Numbered from the whole stretch's first letter, positions 1 to 13,734 are shown. The stretch is DNA of 62,784 nt, filler included, from Circinaria calcarea (GCA_051942165.1; 7 parts of 7 records of this genome joined end to end with filler, not necessarily neighbours in it), one strand, 5' to 3'. The notes: generated from the sequence alone by a model not told the origin. A program made the numbers and translations.

Positions 1-3000
1 ATGTTGGGTGGGTGATAGGTAGTAGTGGAAGAGGGGGAGGGGAGGAGAGGAGCAGGTGAAGGACGGAGGGAGGACAAGTGGGAAAGCGGCTGGGATGGGG
101 CTTGAGCGGTGGACGTAGCTTAGTAGGAGAGAATGGGGAGATGAGGGAAATGAGGGTGGTATCCCTTCGACTGTTGCTCAAGCAGACCGAACCGTGCGTT
201 ACTTGGATACAAGGTTGGCATTAGTTAGCCTAGGCTGGCACGAACCAGAAGCTGGAGAGTGCACGGTTCGGTCTGCTTGAGCAACAGTCGAAGGGATAGC
301 GAGTAGGTACGGCGATGTGCTTGGAAGCCCGATTTTGAGTAATCCTTTCCTTGTAAGGGTCGGTAGGGGGGTTCTGTAAAACTGGAGAAAGTTGTATCTT
401 CGGCAATATACGAGGTCGGTAAACAAAAGCCGTTGCCACAACAACAGTTTGGTACTCGAGGAACTCTCATGTAGGAAAACATAGGTTGTCGAATGACCCA
501 ATAACTGGAACGTATAGAAATCCTCTATGAAAGATTCGATCCAATAGGTAATGGGAACGAGGCATTACCCCTCATACACTCATGGTCTTTCATCGGCGAC
601 AACTTTTGCACACAGGCCTCGTTTCCGTATTGGTCGATACTATCTTCCTATTAGAGTGATACGATAATGTCCCCGACATTATTATGATTTTCTAGGTGCT
701 GTCAGTTGGTAGCTTCCCTGCGCACAGACTACCCTCGATTCTGAATGGATGACGGATTGGCGTTGTGTGAGCGCAGGCAGATGACATTCCGATATGACGA
801 TGCTGGGTCGAATACCACGGGTCTGTATTATCTTGATATCCACCAAACTTGGCGAGCATCGGTCGATCTTATGGGTCAAAGTTCTCGTCGGGTAGGAATA
901 TTTGTGGAGAATAGGATTCGGGCTAAGCCGAAGCCAATCTCCAGCCTTTGTCTCAGCGTAGACCTCCACTCCTGATTTGGTGGAGCAACTGCAAACTCGA
1001 CGTCTGTTATTGCCCATTCTTAGTGTGTCTCACAATTCAACCTTATCTACCCTAAACGTTTCGCTGCCAATGGGGAGGTGTAGGTAGGAGGCTTCCCATG
1101 GTTTCGACTTTCGACCGTAATCTTATCGAGCCATAATAGCTCTGGCGTATTTGGTGTAGTCAAGGTCCTGCCGATCTAAGATCGACTTGGTTTTAACCTA
1201 CCGACCTACTGCACGCAGAGTACTAGTCTCATGAAGTAGCGGTTCTCACTATTGTTCGAAAACCTCATTTGGACAGTTAAGGTACCACGTGGGAAGAGTG
1301 TAAATCCCATCTCGTACTAGGTCGATGGGCCCGAGGTGATTGTATTTCTGATGATCCAACTTTACTCTGGGTTAGCACTGAGCGAGTGATCCTTTCCCTC
1401 TACGGTATTCTCCGCCATTGTTGCTTGGTAAAGGCAGAATACCGTAGCATGCGTGACCGGAGCGTGGAGACATGTGGGTCGGGGACCTATTTGGACTGTG
1501 GGCAAAGACCGGTTCAGCAGATGGGAAACAAATACGGAGTCTCCGATAGTATGCCGACGGTTCTGACCGAGTGGTGGGGTACCTATGAATGGTGATGAAA
1601 GACCAGGCGTTTCGTCCCGGTTTTGAGTACCGGCCACGGTAGGTAAGCCTAGCCTACATGTGTTTTAGGGATATTTATCCAGACAAACGGACGTTTGGTA
1701 TCATGGGCGGGGAGGCACCGTTGAGGTTCCGGGAAGGATGCGAAAGATCTAATCACAGTAATTTCCGAGGATTTTTTCAGTCATTAGTATTACACATTCA
1801 TCGGCCCCCAAGAGTGAGACCCCTAAAGTTCGACGTTGACGGTCCCTGCGGTGCGATGACGCGATATCCGTGCGTCTTCACCATTCACTAGGTCAACGTA
1901 AGTTAACTATCAACTGGATGACAGTTTTGTCTCTGTGCCATCTCCAAACGTCCGAGATGACGGAGCGGGATTACTCCATGCGGAGACACCGTTGCGAGCT
2001 GGTGAGCGCGCACACACACGAGGAATCCTTAGCATCCCTCATAAGCACCCTCAATCCTTTGGCAGGAAATAGAAATCCGACCCTGACCCTTTTCAAGGTG
2101 GACATCCCACGAGCCCGATAGGCTCACTTATCGCCATGCAGCCAATTTCCCGTCCAAGGTATGATGGACGAGGCGGAGAAGCTTCGGCGACGCCTTCGCC
2201 TCATGGCTGGAAAAAGCCAGCCTGGCTTCACCGCTTAAACCTCTGCACCCTTCTGCCTACCAACGGTCCGAGTGTGGTGATGATGATTCACTACCATGCC
2301 GCAATTCGGCGGGGACTCGAGACAAACCCTTTTTTCACTGAGCACATGCCCTATCATGGTGTGGTCGGCAAAGCGAAGGTGGATGCGGATGGGGCAAACC
2401 AGCGGCGTGAATGCGTACCATACCGTGGCATACACCACGTCCACGGACGCGCGAGGATGGTTACTGTTTGTCATGTCTGTCCATGCGAGCCATGGGCATA
2501 GGTACGGAGTAGCTGTAGTTATACTGCGCCGTTGGCATTGGCTCGAGGCACCCGGCACTCCGACGTGTCGTCCGCTTGCATGACAGCCATGCGACCCTCG
2601 GACACTTATCGCCTGTGGGTCGATAAGTCCACAAATCCCCAAGCCATACTCCGTATCGCAACCAAAGTTTTGGCCTCTGGCTGATGGAGGTGTGCGGTAC
2701 CTGCATGCGGTTCCTGCATTAGACTGTCGCGCTTGCATGGGGTTTGGCCATGGTTACTCGTCCACCCTCTCGAATTCGATGGCTACGACAGTGGCCCTGC
2801 AAATTCCTTCAGGATTGCCTGGGGCCCGGAATCGCGACAGTCGCTTCTGGAAGGTGACGAAGCCTAACATTTCTAGTGGCTGCTGGAGACGCCTAAGCCG
2901 AAAGGAGCCTGGCAAATTAAAAAAACCCAGAGAACAGAAAACGACGCCATCGAATGGTGGGGAAGTCGAGTTGCTGCTGAGAGAAAAAGCGGCGCGGGTC

Positions 3001-5664
3001 TGAAGCCTCATCGAGGATCGGTCTCACCGCTGCGGGATCCTTTTGCATGGCGACCAAGTATAGCCCGGTAGGAACTGATGGGCGGATTCGTGTACGGACA
3101 TACTTCGAGGGGAAGTGCGCACAGAGCTGATATGCAGTAATGGTCAAAGGGCTTTCTTCCTGTACTGTACTTGAAGGGCGGCTGCATCAAGGAAGCGCAG
3201 GGCCATCGAATTGCTGCTTGACGGTAGCCAATAGAAGGCTCGAACTTGCCAATCGACATGATAGGAGCAATCACAGACTGATCAGCACAGAAACCCCAAG
3301 CTGTGTTCAGCAAATGGTGGATTTTAGCCAATAAACATTCGTGCTAAGCATTTGGTGCCCTCGACACAGGCACATTTCGGGTCAGATATATCTGATTGGC
3401 GATGGGTAAACCATCTATCTGAGCCGCGGGACGCTGTGTAACATTTGCTGTGGGCTGTAGCGGGTAAGAGCAGATGTTGGCGCCCACATCTTCCAGCTGA
3501 AGATCTCTTCACAATGGAGTGTGTCGATAAGGATGGCACCCAATACACCCGCTGCCATTCGTCACGCTCGTAAGACCTACCCAGTCGGGATCGAAGCTTT
3601 GGCCAGTATCCAACTCCCTCGTCAAAGGCCAAAGGTAAATTCAAATCATGCTCAGGTCTGTCACACCTGTTCCCTGGTGGCAATACTGGTAGCCACGATT
3701 CATCCTGATCCAGACATCGAATTCTTCTGTTGACGCGTGTGTGATTTCTGGTCTGAGTTCTCCATCAATAAAGGAACGCAAGCGCCTGGTGGCGAGCGGG
3801 TCTGGGGGGATTCCATTCTGGACACGGTAGGGTGACTAAAGTATGTGGGGACCTGACCGGTTCAGGAACAAGCCGTTCAGCTATCGATTGTCGTAGATCG
3901 CTGGACAAAACTAATCGATAGGCGTTAGGGTAGAAGCCAGTGAGTGGCCGATAATTGAGCTTTATGTGACGGCGTGCTCTCTCCCCTCCCGGATCCGTGG
4001 ATGGATTGGACCAGTGGGGAGTGGAAGAGATCCGAATCTCCGGTTAGTACGATGTGTGAAACATGCTGGCTGAAAGCAATGGACCCTTTGCAGACAGTGG
4101 ACATGCACTACCTAGCTACTCCGATACAGTGGCGACTACAGAAGGGTCATTCGTAGACGGTGTCAAATAAGCATTGGTCTTTTCGCTTTGGGCTGGACGC
4201 AGCTGTCTAAACGAGTGTGACTTGATAGTCTGTGCTTGGTGTCCCAAGGATTCTGCAGTCTGCATGATTGAGCTGAATCCGCCGGCGCTCTGATCCCTGC
4301 GACAGGCTGAACGTCGTGTGCCCATGTCTCTTGCCGTTCTAATTGCCTCCGGGGTGCGTGTTTCTCGATGAATTCCTTTGGTGTGCTTGAGGGTTGTCGG
4401 GGGGAGGTGGGAGTGCGATTGCGCGGGCGAGTCCGTGGTCTTGCCGACCACCCAAGATGCCCTTTGCCGCTCTCGATTGATGTTGATGATGCTGATGCTG
4501 CTGTTGCTGGACATGCCCACGCTGGCCGTCGGTCGCAATTTCCCAGATGGAAAGGGTCGTCGACGTCTAATCCCAATGCGTCGCTCTTATCCAACTTTAT
4601 CTGGCTTATGCAACATCACAATTATTGCCTGCGGGATTCATCGAATAATTCTCTAGTGCGGTCCTGCGTGTCGCCATCTGTTGGCTCCGCTCGCAGCATC
4701 TCAAGCTGGTCTAGTCCGTCTTAGCATCAATGTTAAAATCACGTATGGAGTATGGGATTCCGGCTCTTCTCTCGTGTTGACTTGTTCCGTGGAGTCTTTC
4801 ATGGCGGGTGGCCGGGATATTCAAGAGCCAGGCATCATTGGTGATTTGTCGAAGATGGTTGGTGTGCTGCGCCAGTAGTGAAGGCCTGCACCCGAAGCCC
4901 CATATTGCGGCCATGTCGTTTGGGGTAAGGCTCGGTTTGAGAAAATGTACTGGAATAGCCTGTTGTTCCTGCACCGACACCGAGGCGAACAGGGATCGCT
5001 GAGATGACAGGGGCACCTTTTGGACACACACCCACCGCCGCTCGTGAAAGGCTGCCAAGTGCCGCTACTCTCCTTCTCGACTCTCTACTTATCCGCCGAT
5101 CGTCCTCGCGTTTGTCCGTTCTCTATCAAACAGGGTAGACTGTTCTTGTCATCCGTCTCCATTTTCTTGGTTATTATTCTTAATTACCTTCTTTTTATTA
5201 TTATTATTGAAGAGATTCGCAGTTGGTTGTACTTTTATTGGGCTCGACCTTCTTGGGATCCTTCCAGTCACTCCTTCGGCATCTGCCACTTTTATATACT
5301 GACCGATTAATAACTGGCCCGACACCGCGCCCGAGCCTTTGTTCGAGAGCATCGTCTGATACTTGGTTGATAAACCTCGAAACCGATATAGCAGAGAGTG
5401 TCTGGCTACTCCCGCCGCACTGTCTCTCCATTCATTCTGGCCATATAATACAGCATCACTGCTCCCACCAGCACAGAGTACGCCCTCATTCTCCGAAGGG
5501 CCAACTCGTACAAGTCGAATTCTCGATAGCCAGAAGTGGCGTAATAATAACAACCGGCACCTGGGGCTCTTGGATAACTGAGTTAGTGCTCTGAGAGGTT
5601 CATGGAGGCCATGACGTTCTAACATTCCATTCACTCAGGCCCAGAGCGGAAACTTCAAAACACC

Positions 5665-7647
5665 ATGAATTCCTCCCAGCTCCACCCTTCCCAGGCCATC
5701 GGTCAATCGCCCTTTTTCTATTACAATCCAGAGGTCTCCGACCAACGGCAACATGGGCACTTTTCCCCAGATCCGAACACCATCGCCCTGACCAACCAGT
5801 ACCAGCGCTTTCAGCAGCAAATATACCCGCACGAGATGATGGCGCAGCCTCAATACGTTCCTCTCCAGCCACGACCATCGACTTCCAACTCCCAATCCTT
5901 CGCGCAAGCCCCAAGTGCGTTTCCCGTACAGACATTCTCTACGCCCATGGCATCACCTCGTCCACTTTATCAAAAGTCCACCTTCCTCGTCCACCCGGGC
6001 GGACAGAACTTATCGGTCAATACGGAATGTGTCAAGTCTAACGCATACATGTACCCAACCACTCCACCATTGTCAGTGTCCGGCAGCTCTTTGAACAGCC
6101 CACCGATGAATTGTGGCATCCTTGCCACTCCTATCAATCATAGTTTTTACGGGGTTGAGAATATTGAAGGTGTAAAAGAGGGATGTGAGGGTGACGTACA
6201 GTCGGAAATTCTCGCGGGCGGGGATTGGACTCGATGTGGTTCCCCTCCATTAACGCCTGGTATGTATTGCGTCTTGTACCGTGAAGCACCTTCCCATATC
6301 ATCGGTTGAAGCCCTCCCTCGGATTTGATTTATGCCATGATTGGTTGCAATCTCGTCTAATGTTGCTGGGTCATAGTCTTCATTCACCCGCCCTCGGTTA
6401 CGGCTAGCCAAGCTTCGGACCTCCTTTCTGCCACCTCCTGTCCATCCCTTTCACCTTCACCCTCACCAATTCCACGGTCGGTCACCTCCGATACCGATTT
6501 TGATTTCTGCGATCCACGCAATCTACTGGTAAAATCGCCAGATAGCGACTCTAGACTCGTTCATGTCGACCTACCAAGCCTCCCTACATTCTTTCCCGCC
6601 GACGAGGAAGAACGCAAGCTTTTCCTAGGCATCCAGACATATCCGACCAAGACAGAGTCACAGTTTACAAACGCGTTCGAGACATTGGGGGCATCAACAC
6701 TCGGTGGATTACCCCCCTTCGATAGTTTCTCAGACCTCGACTCCGACAACGAGTTTGTCACCAGGTTTTCTCCTGAAAGTCCACTGTATCTTGGTAATAA
6801 ACGACAACGGCTCGACCTTCTTTCCTTCTCTGACGAGGACTTCCTCAGCGAAGATAGCTTCGAGGATTTCGACGACGCGGATCGTTTCGCCGCTGCCAAT
6901 CTATCGGCCCCGCTCCAGTCAGTTGCAATGCCTTCGCACACGCCTAACGCGTCTGCGAAGACAAAGTCCACCAAACGCAGCCTGATCCGAAAGGCACCCA
7001 AGAAGCAACGTTCCGACAGTGAGGTCTCGGACCTGGACTCTGCCGCCAACAATGAGTCACAATCCCACGCAGACAATTCGAATAACCAGCAAAACTCTGT
7101 GCCACAACAGAACCCATCGAGCGACAATGGTCGTGGTGGGTCTGACAACGCGATTGTGTCTGGCTCTGATGCTCCTCCAATCACTCCACAGCCCGTTGCG
7201 CGTCGTGGGCGCAAGCAGTCCCTGACAGAAGACCCCTCCAAAACTTTCGTGTGCACCCTGTGCTCTCGTCGTTTCCGTCGCCAAGAACACCTCAAGCGCC
7301 ACTACCGTTCACTTCACACACATGACAAACCCTTTGAATGTAATGAGTGTGGTAAAAAATTCTCACGAAGTGACAACCTCGCCCAGCATGCTCGCACACA
7401 CGGAAGTGGAGCCATCGTCATGGGTGTCCTCGAAGATGGGGAACTACCACCTACGGAAAAGACGGAAGACTTCGACCAACCCGCTGGTGTTCTTGGCGCC
7501 GTTCTCTTCGAGGCCGCTCAGGCTGCTGCTGCTAACGCATCGAGTAGCAGTTCATCTGACTGTGGTCTTTCCTCTCGCAACAGCCAGAGCCCAGCACCCT
7601 CCGTGGACGATGTTAGGCCGATCAAGAAAAGGAAGAGGGAAGATTAA
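5665..7647 (+). CDS. sebA: Seb1/SebA (Msn2/4-like) stress-response C2H2 zinc-finger transcription factor; exons 5665-6259, 6377-7647
   Basis: N-terminal PFFYYNP...RQHGHFS; splicing the GTATGT...CTAAT...TAG intron restores SPPLTPVFIHPPS...[10 protein letters not shown]-terminal [67 protein letters not shown] double finger. Confidence 0.9.
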
Positions 7648-8597
7648 GTACCTTGTTCAATCTGTATGATACTGCACGAGATCAACGAAGCAATGTGTGT
7701 TTGTCAGTAGGAAGAGCATGAGGGGTGGAATGACTAGATTGTTACAAACGTCCTTTCTTTACGTTTCTTTTACAGGTCCATCGCGGATAGCTTGCATTGG
7801 CTGTAAGCTTTAGCGGAGCAGGGTATGTTTCGAGAAAGCTCACCTGGCGGGAAAATTCTGGCCATTTGCTCAAACCAATGCAAAAATGTACATTATTTCC
7901 TTCTCTACATTCGCTGTAACCTTTGGACGAGCGGTGGCTTTACAACTTGTGCTTTCCTTCTACTGTATTTATGTTAGAGAGCTACTTGACTAGCTAGTGC
8001 TGGACACTTCCGATAAATTCGAAGTACTGGCTTCGGCTTAAATACCAAAATCAGTTCCAGTGACCATATTGCGTGCTCAGAATTCATTCTAACACCATGG
8101 ATTTGCCCCAGCCGTTCTCCCGTGTTCTAGCTTGTATTTAAACCAGGGATGGCATGTAATTATAACCCGCCGACGCTCATCTGTCGAGAGGGCTGTTGGC
8201 ACCACATTTAAAGCTACTCATGGACAGACCATCATCTACTGTGTTCCTCTACACTACCTACAACAAAGCTGCCACTGGTTTGTTCATAGTATGTCTCCTT
8301 TCTCAGAATACAGTCTTTGTGTAGTAATGTATTAGTTGTAGATTCATATAACATTGGGTTGAAGTCCTCACCTGTTACTCTGACCTAGACATTTCAATAC
8401 TTGGAAAATGCAACTCATGTCCTGCTCTACACGGAGTTTTTCTCGGTTTCAGATCTCTTCTCTTATTTCTTGAAGTCAATACGATCCTCTCGAATTGAAT
8501 GGTCGTTCTGGCTTTACCAAACATCCATCCAGAAGCCCACCTGTCCGATAAAAACAGCGGGAGCAACAAAGCTTCTGCTGCCCTCCGGCCAATAGCC

Positions 8598-8891
8598 ATG
8601 GCCGCTCCTCTGCAGGTCATCGCCCTCATCTCCGGCGGCAAAGACTCCCTCTTCTCTCTCCTCCACTGCCTAGCAAACAACCACCAAATCATTGCCCTCG
8701 CAAACCTCTATCCCCCACTCCCCCTGACCTCCTCATCTCTCGAGAGCCTGACAGATTTAAACAGTTACATGTACCAAACAGTCGGCCACGCTCTGCTCCC
8801 ACACTACAGCACCGTTTTCTCGCTTCCCCTCTACAGGCACCCCATTACCGGGACCTCCATCATCACGGAAAAGGACTACTCTGTTCCCTCC
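8598..8891 (+). CDS. DPH6: Diphthine-ammonia ligase, N-terminal fragment truncated by contig end
   Basis: MAAPLQVIALISGGKDS PP-loop, IIALANLYPP and DLNSYMYQTVGH motifs. Confidence 0.9.
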
Positions 8892-8991
8892 NNNNNNNNN
8901 NNNNNNNNNNNNNNNNNNNNNNNNNNNNNNNNNNNTTAATTAATTAANNNNNNNNNNNNNNNNNNNNNNNNNNNNNNNNNNNNNNNNNNNN
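8892..8991. other. Artificial contig-joining linker (44 N + TTAATTAATTAA + 44 N)
   Basis: Identical 100-nt spacer with stops in all six frames; genes are truncated at its edges. Confidence 0.99.
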
Positions 8992-10409
8992 CAAAAGGAA
9001 AGCAAGCTAGACGAGGCATGCGTAACCTTATTACGTGTATCAGCTTCTATTGGGAAGAACAGCAATGTCCTTGGATATCCCAGTTTCCCTCTTACTTTTC
9101 CTGGTAGTCTCACACAAGATCCTATTCGGAAGGCTTATCTAAAATTGACTTGGCTTCTTCCAGTGCTTTATTCCGATTGCTATCTGAACAGCGTATTCCC
9201 CTTCACCCTTTTCAACCGTTCGAGATATTTCGACCTCATCATACCCTATTCGTGAAGAGCGTCGTATTCATACACCGGAGCAAGATTTCCCGGAGAGTCC
9301 CTCTGCACAGATAGTCCTCCCTATATTTCTTGATTACGTTCACTGGGACGATAGCTGGTTTACTACTACAGCTAATAACGATATTTGCAATGCGTCCCGC
9401 ACTGAATCTATCCCCACTTCGTCCGCGCTGGCTGCCAACTGCCCTAAGATTATCTCCATATTCTACTTGCGATATGAAAAAGATTGGTCTTAAGTTTCGT
9501 TTAGTTCTTGGTGCACTGCTATTATATCAGAGGTCCTCTAAGCACTACAAGATCCCAAAGACTTACGACCGGAACTTGGGAGACACTGGAGCTGCTACTG
9601 GCACTCGTGAGGCTTGTGTTTCTGGAAACTAACAGTCAGTCTACCAGGAATTTCGTTTTACGCGAACAGCGGCTAGTCCCGTGAATGAGCATCTCTTTTA
9701 CTGCTTCAAATAATATTGCAAGTCATGGGAAATACCGACTTTTCACGCCGGTTACCTCGTCTGGAGATACCCAAAGGCCTGGCGGTTTTTGCAATTCAGT
9801 GAGCAGACCGGGAAACGGATCGTAGACTCCCAGGTCCGTTTGCAGAGAATAGCTGCCGGCTCTGCTGTCCCGACTTTTTTCTTCTATGGGTGCGTTTCTG
9901 TGGAATGCCTGGAGAACACTGTGATTGATTCGAATAACGACCCGTGGAGCAAAGTTCGCAGAGGCTTTGCTTTTTTGAAGCACAGGTGGCAGCACCAAGG
10001 TTTCACCGGTTCATCCGAGACGAAGAAATCTCTCGTCGCATCTACAGAAGAACACCTAGGAAACCGGACGCCGCTGCAAGCAAAGTCTGGGGGGCGCTTT
10101 GGAATCTCCCACATTTCGCACGCAAATCTAATTTGAGCCATACGCCATCCAAGTGAGTTTATGGAGAAGAAAGACGAGAGTATCAACCGAGGATTACCAA
10201 AAGGAAAAGTTGTGCTTTCCCCTGTGCTAACTCGATGTTTCGGGCATTTCAAGCGTTCCTACGTTGAGCATCTTGCTTCCGGACACAACTCTGTGGAATT
10301 ATCAAGGACAACATCAGCTACCTTTGTGACCTTGGCTAGGTAGGTAGTCAGACTTCATTGACTTTAATCTATAACGCAGCAGCCCGCAGTTCTCAACGGA
10401 TAGACTGGC

Positions 10410-10949
10410 TTATCGCGGCGCTAAACATTGGTTTACTACAGCCATCGGATTGAGTCTTGAAGGTCTTCGAGGAGGTTCATCGCTCCGATCCACTGCTATT
10501 ACACCCACCCAAATTAAATCATTCGGCCCAACCGTAGATCTCCCGCCAACGCGCCCAGAGTGCGGAGCGATAACACATCGGCTCGTAAGTTCCAACGCCC
10601 GGGCCGAAATCTCATAGAGCGTCGTAATCTCTGACGGGTTGCCTTCGGCGATGATATCCCAAATAATTTTACAAGTTCCAACTTCCAGTCTGTGAGGGAC
10701 TCGGTACCCAGTCACCCGCGAGAACTCCATTGGCGCGTCGACTTTATCACCTTCCCGCAGTATTTGCACAGCGCGCATGCAGTCGGACGGTATGATTCGG
10801 CACAGTGGATTGGTGGGTGTCGACTGGAAGCACTGGAGAACGTGGCGTTTGGAGAGGAGCTTGGAGTAGGAGTGGAGATTTGGGCTGGAAGGTGCGGCGA
10901 GGATTAGGGCAACGAGGAAGAAGAGGATGGAGATGAGATGAACAAGCAT
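10410..10949 (-). CDS. Small secreted Cys-containing protein (~179 aa), effector-like
   Basis: Hydrophobic signal peptide MLVHLISILFFLVALILAAP, Kex2-like SKR, spaced Cys and a late GG motif; intronless ORF. Confidence 0.75.
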   Translation of the reverse strand: MLVHLISILFFLVALILAAPSSPNLHSYSKLLSKRHVLQCFQSTPTNPLCRIIPSDCMRAVQILREGDKVDAPMEFSRVTGYRVPHRLEVGTCKIIWDIIAEGNPSEITTLYEISARALELTSRCVIAPHSGRVGGRSTVGPNDLIWVGVIAVDRSDEPPRRPSRLNPMAVVNQCLAPR

Positions 10950-11743
10950 GATGACAATGACCACCTGGGCTGCTCTGAGAAGCTAAAGGTGTGATTGTAA
11001 GAGATAGGATACGGAAATGGCCCGAGGCGAATTTTCGGATTTGAATGAAGAGTAGCAGATGTGCATGGGAGAGGAGGGAAGGCAATACGGCAGTTGAAAG
11101 AACTTTCCCAAGAACGAACGCTCTTCTACCTTGGCGCATTCTCATTATTGTTTTATCACCCTCCACTTCGGCAATCGCAAACGGGGGCGCATGGGGGACC
11201 ACCTCTCGATTGGATCCGGCTTTCGGTTATGAGTTTTACCCCGAGTCTCCAGACTATCTACCATACGAAACTACTCCGTATCCGGACCGGGAAACGATCA
11301 GAAGTCTCTCGCACTGCCGTCGAATGATTTGCCACTCAAGACCTCCCGAGAGTTCGAAGTATCTGGTGTATCGTCGAGGGGCAAGTGTTTCGGAGTCATG
11401 ACGAAAGTACTTCGGTTTCCCCTGCTACCTCCTCGATGGCTCGGAGTCACACGAGGAGTGAGCGACTTTCCCGGTTTGGCCTTCACAACAGCAATATGGC
11501 GCCTTTTGTTCATAGAGTAATGCCCCGTAGATAGCACGTTAAGATTGTGGATTGAGGGAAGTGGGAAGTCGCACCTGTGGGGTGTTTGGAGAATCTCGAG
11601 GTAAACTTTAGAGTAGCAGGTCTAGAATAGGCGAAATCGTCATTGTCTAGCGTGAGTGGTCAGAAGAACCGTTACCATAGGGTGAGGGACCTACTTGGGG
11701 ATTTTCTTACCCACCCACAACGAATCTATTCTCCCACTCTACA

Positions 11744-13734
11744 ATGGATAGGTGCGTGGGCATCCTTGGAGGGGGCCAGCTGGGCCGTATGCTTACCGAG
11801 GCTGCAAATCGATTGAACATCAAAACCGTCACTCTCGACGCTGAAGCGGCTCCTGCCAAACAGATCAATGCCCACTCTGATCATGTCGTGGGTTCCTTCA
11901 CGGATCCCAATGCAATCCGGGAGCTTGCCAACCGGTGTGACGTTTTGACGGTCGAAATCGAGCATGTGAATACGGATGTTCTGGAAGAGTTGTCGCAAGG
12001 GACAGAGACCAAAGAGGACTGGCGCCTGGTCCGGAGTGCCAAAGTCGAGGTGCAGCCCAATTGGCGCACCATCAGAGTCATCCAGGATAAGTACAAGCAG
12101 AAAAAGCATCTGATTCGAAATGGAATTGCGACTGCCAAATCCGTGTCTCTAAAAGGCGGTACGCCCGAGGAGCTCGAGGAGATAGCTGAAAGTCTGGGTT
12201 ATCCTTTGATGCTGAAGTCTCGCACGGAAGCGTACGATGGTAGAGGAAACTTCCCTATCCCGTCTGTCAAGGACATACCTAGAGCTTTATCAGCACTTAA
12301 GGATCGGCCTCTATATGCAGAACAATGGGCCGATTTCCGACTAGAGTTGGCAGTGATGGTCGTAAAATTTCAGGATGGTGCTGCTAAAGACGCTTGGAAG
12401 GAAGCAACTCTAGCATACCCAGTTGTCGAGACCGTCCATGAAGATAGTATATGCAAGCTCGTTTATTCTCCCGCAAGGAATGTTCCCAAAGACGTTATGC
12501 AAGAAGCTCAAGATCTAGCTCGAAACGCCGTGGCCGGATTCTGGGGCAAGGGGGTTTTTGGGGTGGAGATGTTTTTACTAAACACAGGTATGCAGCTTGC
12601 CCGTTCCCACCCATTAGCAGATACTCATTCCATAGGTGAGCTTCTAATCAACGAGATCGCCCCACGCCCTCACAACTCGTAAGATTCATGTTATGCGGCC
12701 CTAAAGCCATGCAAAGCTGACAGGCTTTAGGGGTCACTATACTATAGAAGCCTGTCCGATATCGCAATATGACGCCCATCTTAGAGCCATACTTGATCTG
12801 CCAATACCAGATGAGGACACGCGCTTCATGACCCCTGATACGAATGCCATCATGCTCAATATTCTGGGAGGTGCGCAACGGGATACGCATCTTCTTGCGG
12901 CTCAAAGAGCCATGTCGGTCCCTGGGGCGAGGTTGCACATGTACGGAAAAGGAGATGCCCGACCGGGACGGAAAATGGGCCACGTCACAGTCCTTGCTGA
13001 TACTATGATCGAAGCAGAAAGTCGAATTGAGCCTCTGATTAAGTTGGTGGATCAGATTAGGGCAGAAAGAAAGCAACCCCCGCCAGAAGCTAACCCCACC
13101 CAGGTTCCACCCTCCAAACCCAGTGTGCCTTCAGCTGGAGCAGAAAAATCTCCAATAACCAAGGCTCCTCTGATAGCAGTTACCATGGGCTCCGATTCTG
13201 ACCTTGCTGTCCTCACGCCCGGTATTAACCTGCTAAAAGAGCTCAAAATTCCCCATAGCGTCACGATAACCTCTGCTCATCGGACTCCGCAACGGATGTT
13301 TACCTTTGCTCAAGAAGCTGCCTCGAGAGGTATCAAAGTCATTATCGCGGGGGCCGGTGGCGCCGCTCATCTACCCGGAATGATAGCTGCCCTTACGCCG
13401 TTACCTGTCATTGGGGTGCCAGTCAAGGCTAGTGTTTTGGATGGCTTAGATAGTCTACTGAGTATAGTTCAAATGCCAGTAGGTCATCCCGTTTCACTTT
13501 GCCTTATGTTCAGATCCAAGCGCTAACTTCATACAGCGAGGGGTCCCTGTAGCCACGGTAGGAATTAACAACTCCAATAACGCGGCGCAGCTCGCGGCGC
13601 GGATACTGGGTACAACCGACGTCACCGTCCAAAAGCGGCTGGAGAAGTACCTGGCGGATCAATCGAGGATAGTGGTTGAGAAAGCTGAGAGGATGGAGGC
13701 CGTTGGGGCCACGGCCTACAGCAAAAATGGATAG
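11744..13734 (+). CDS. ADE2: Phosphoribosylaminoimidazole carboxylase (PurK-PurE fusion); exons 11744-12587, 12636-12678, 12731-13478, 13537-13734
   Basis: [73 protein letters not shown]; three canonical introns restore the frame. Confidence 0.97.

Noticed and set aside
1..200. Strongly purine-rich tract at the window start
   Set aside because: Looks like the pyrimidine-rich 5' leader of a minus-strand gene off the contig; no feature can be defined
8936..8947. Regularly spaced TTAATTAATTAA palindromes about every 9 kb
   Set aside because: Embedded in N runs; an artificial six-frame stop linker, not a biological repeat or CRISPR array
8992..10400. Several 60-120 aa ORFs
   Set aside because: No motif or coherent splice model found
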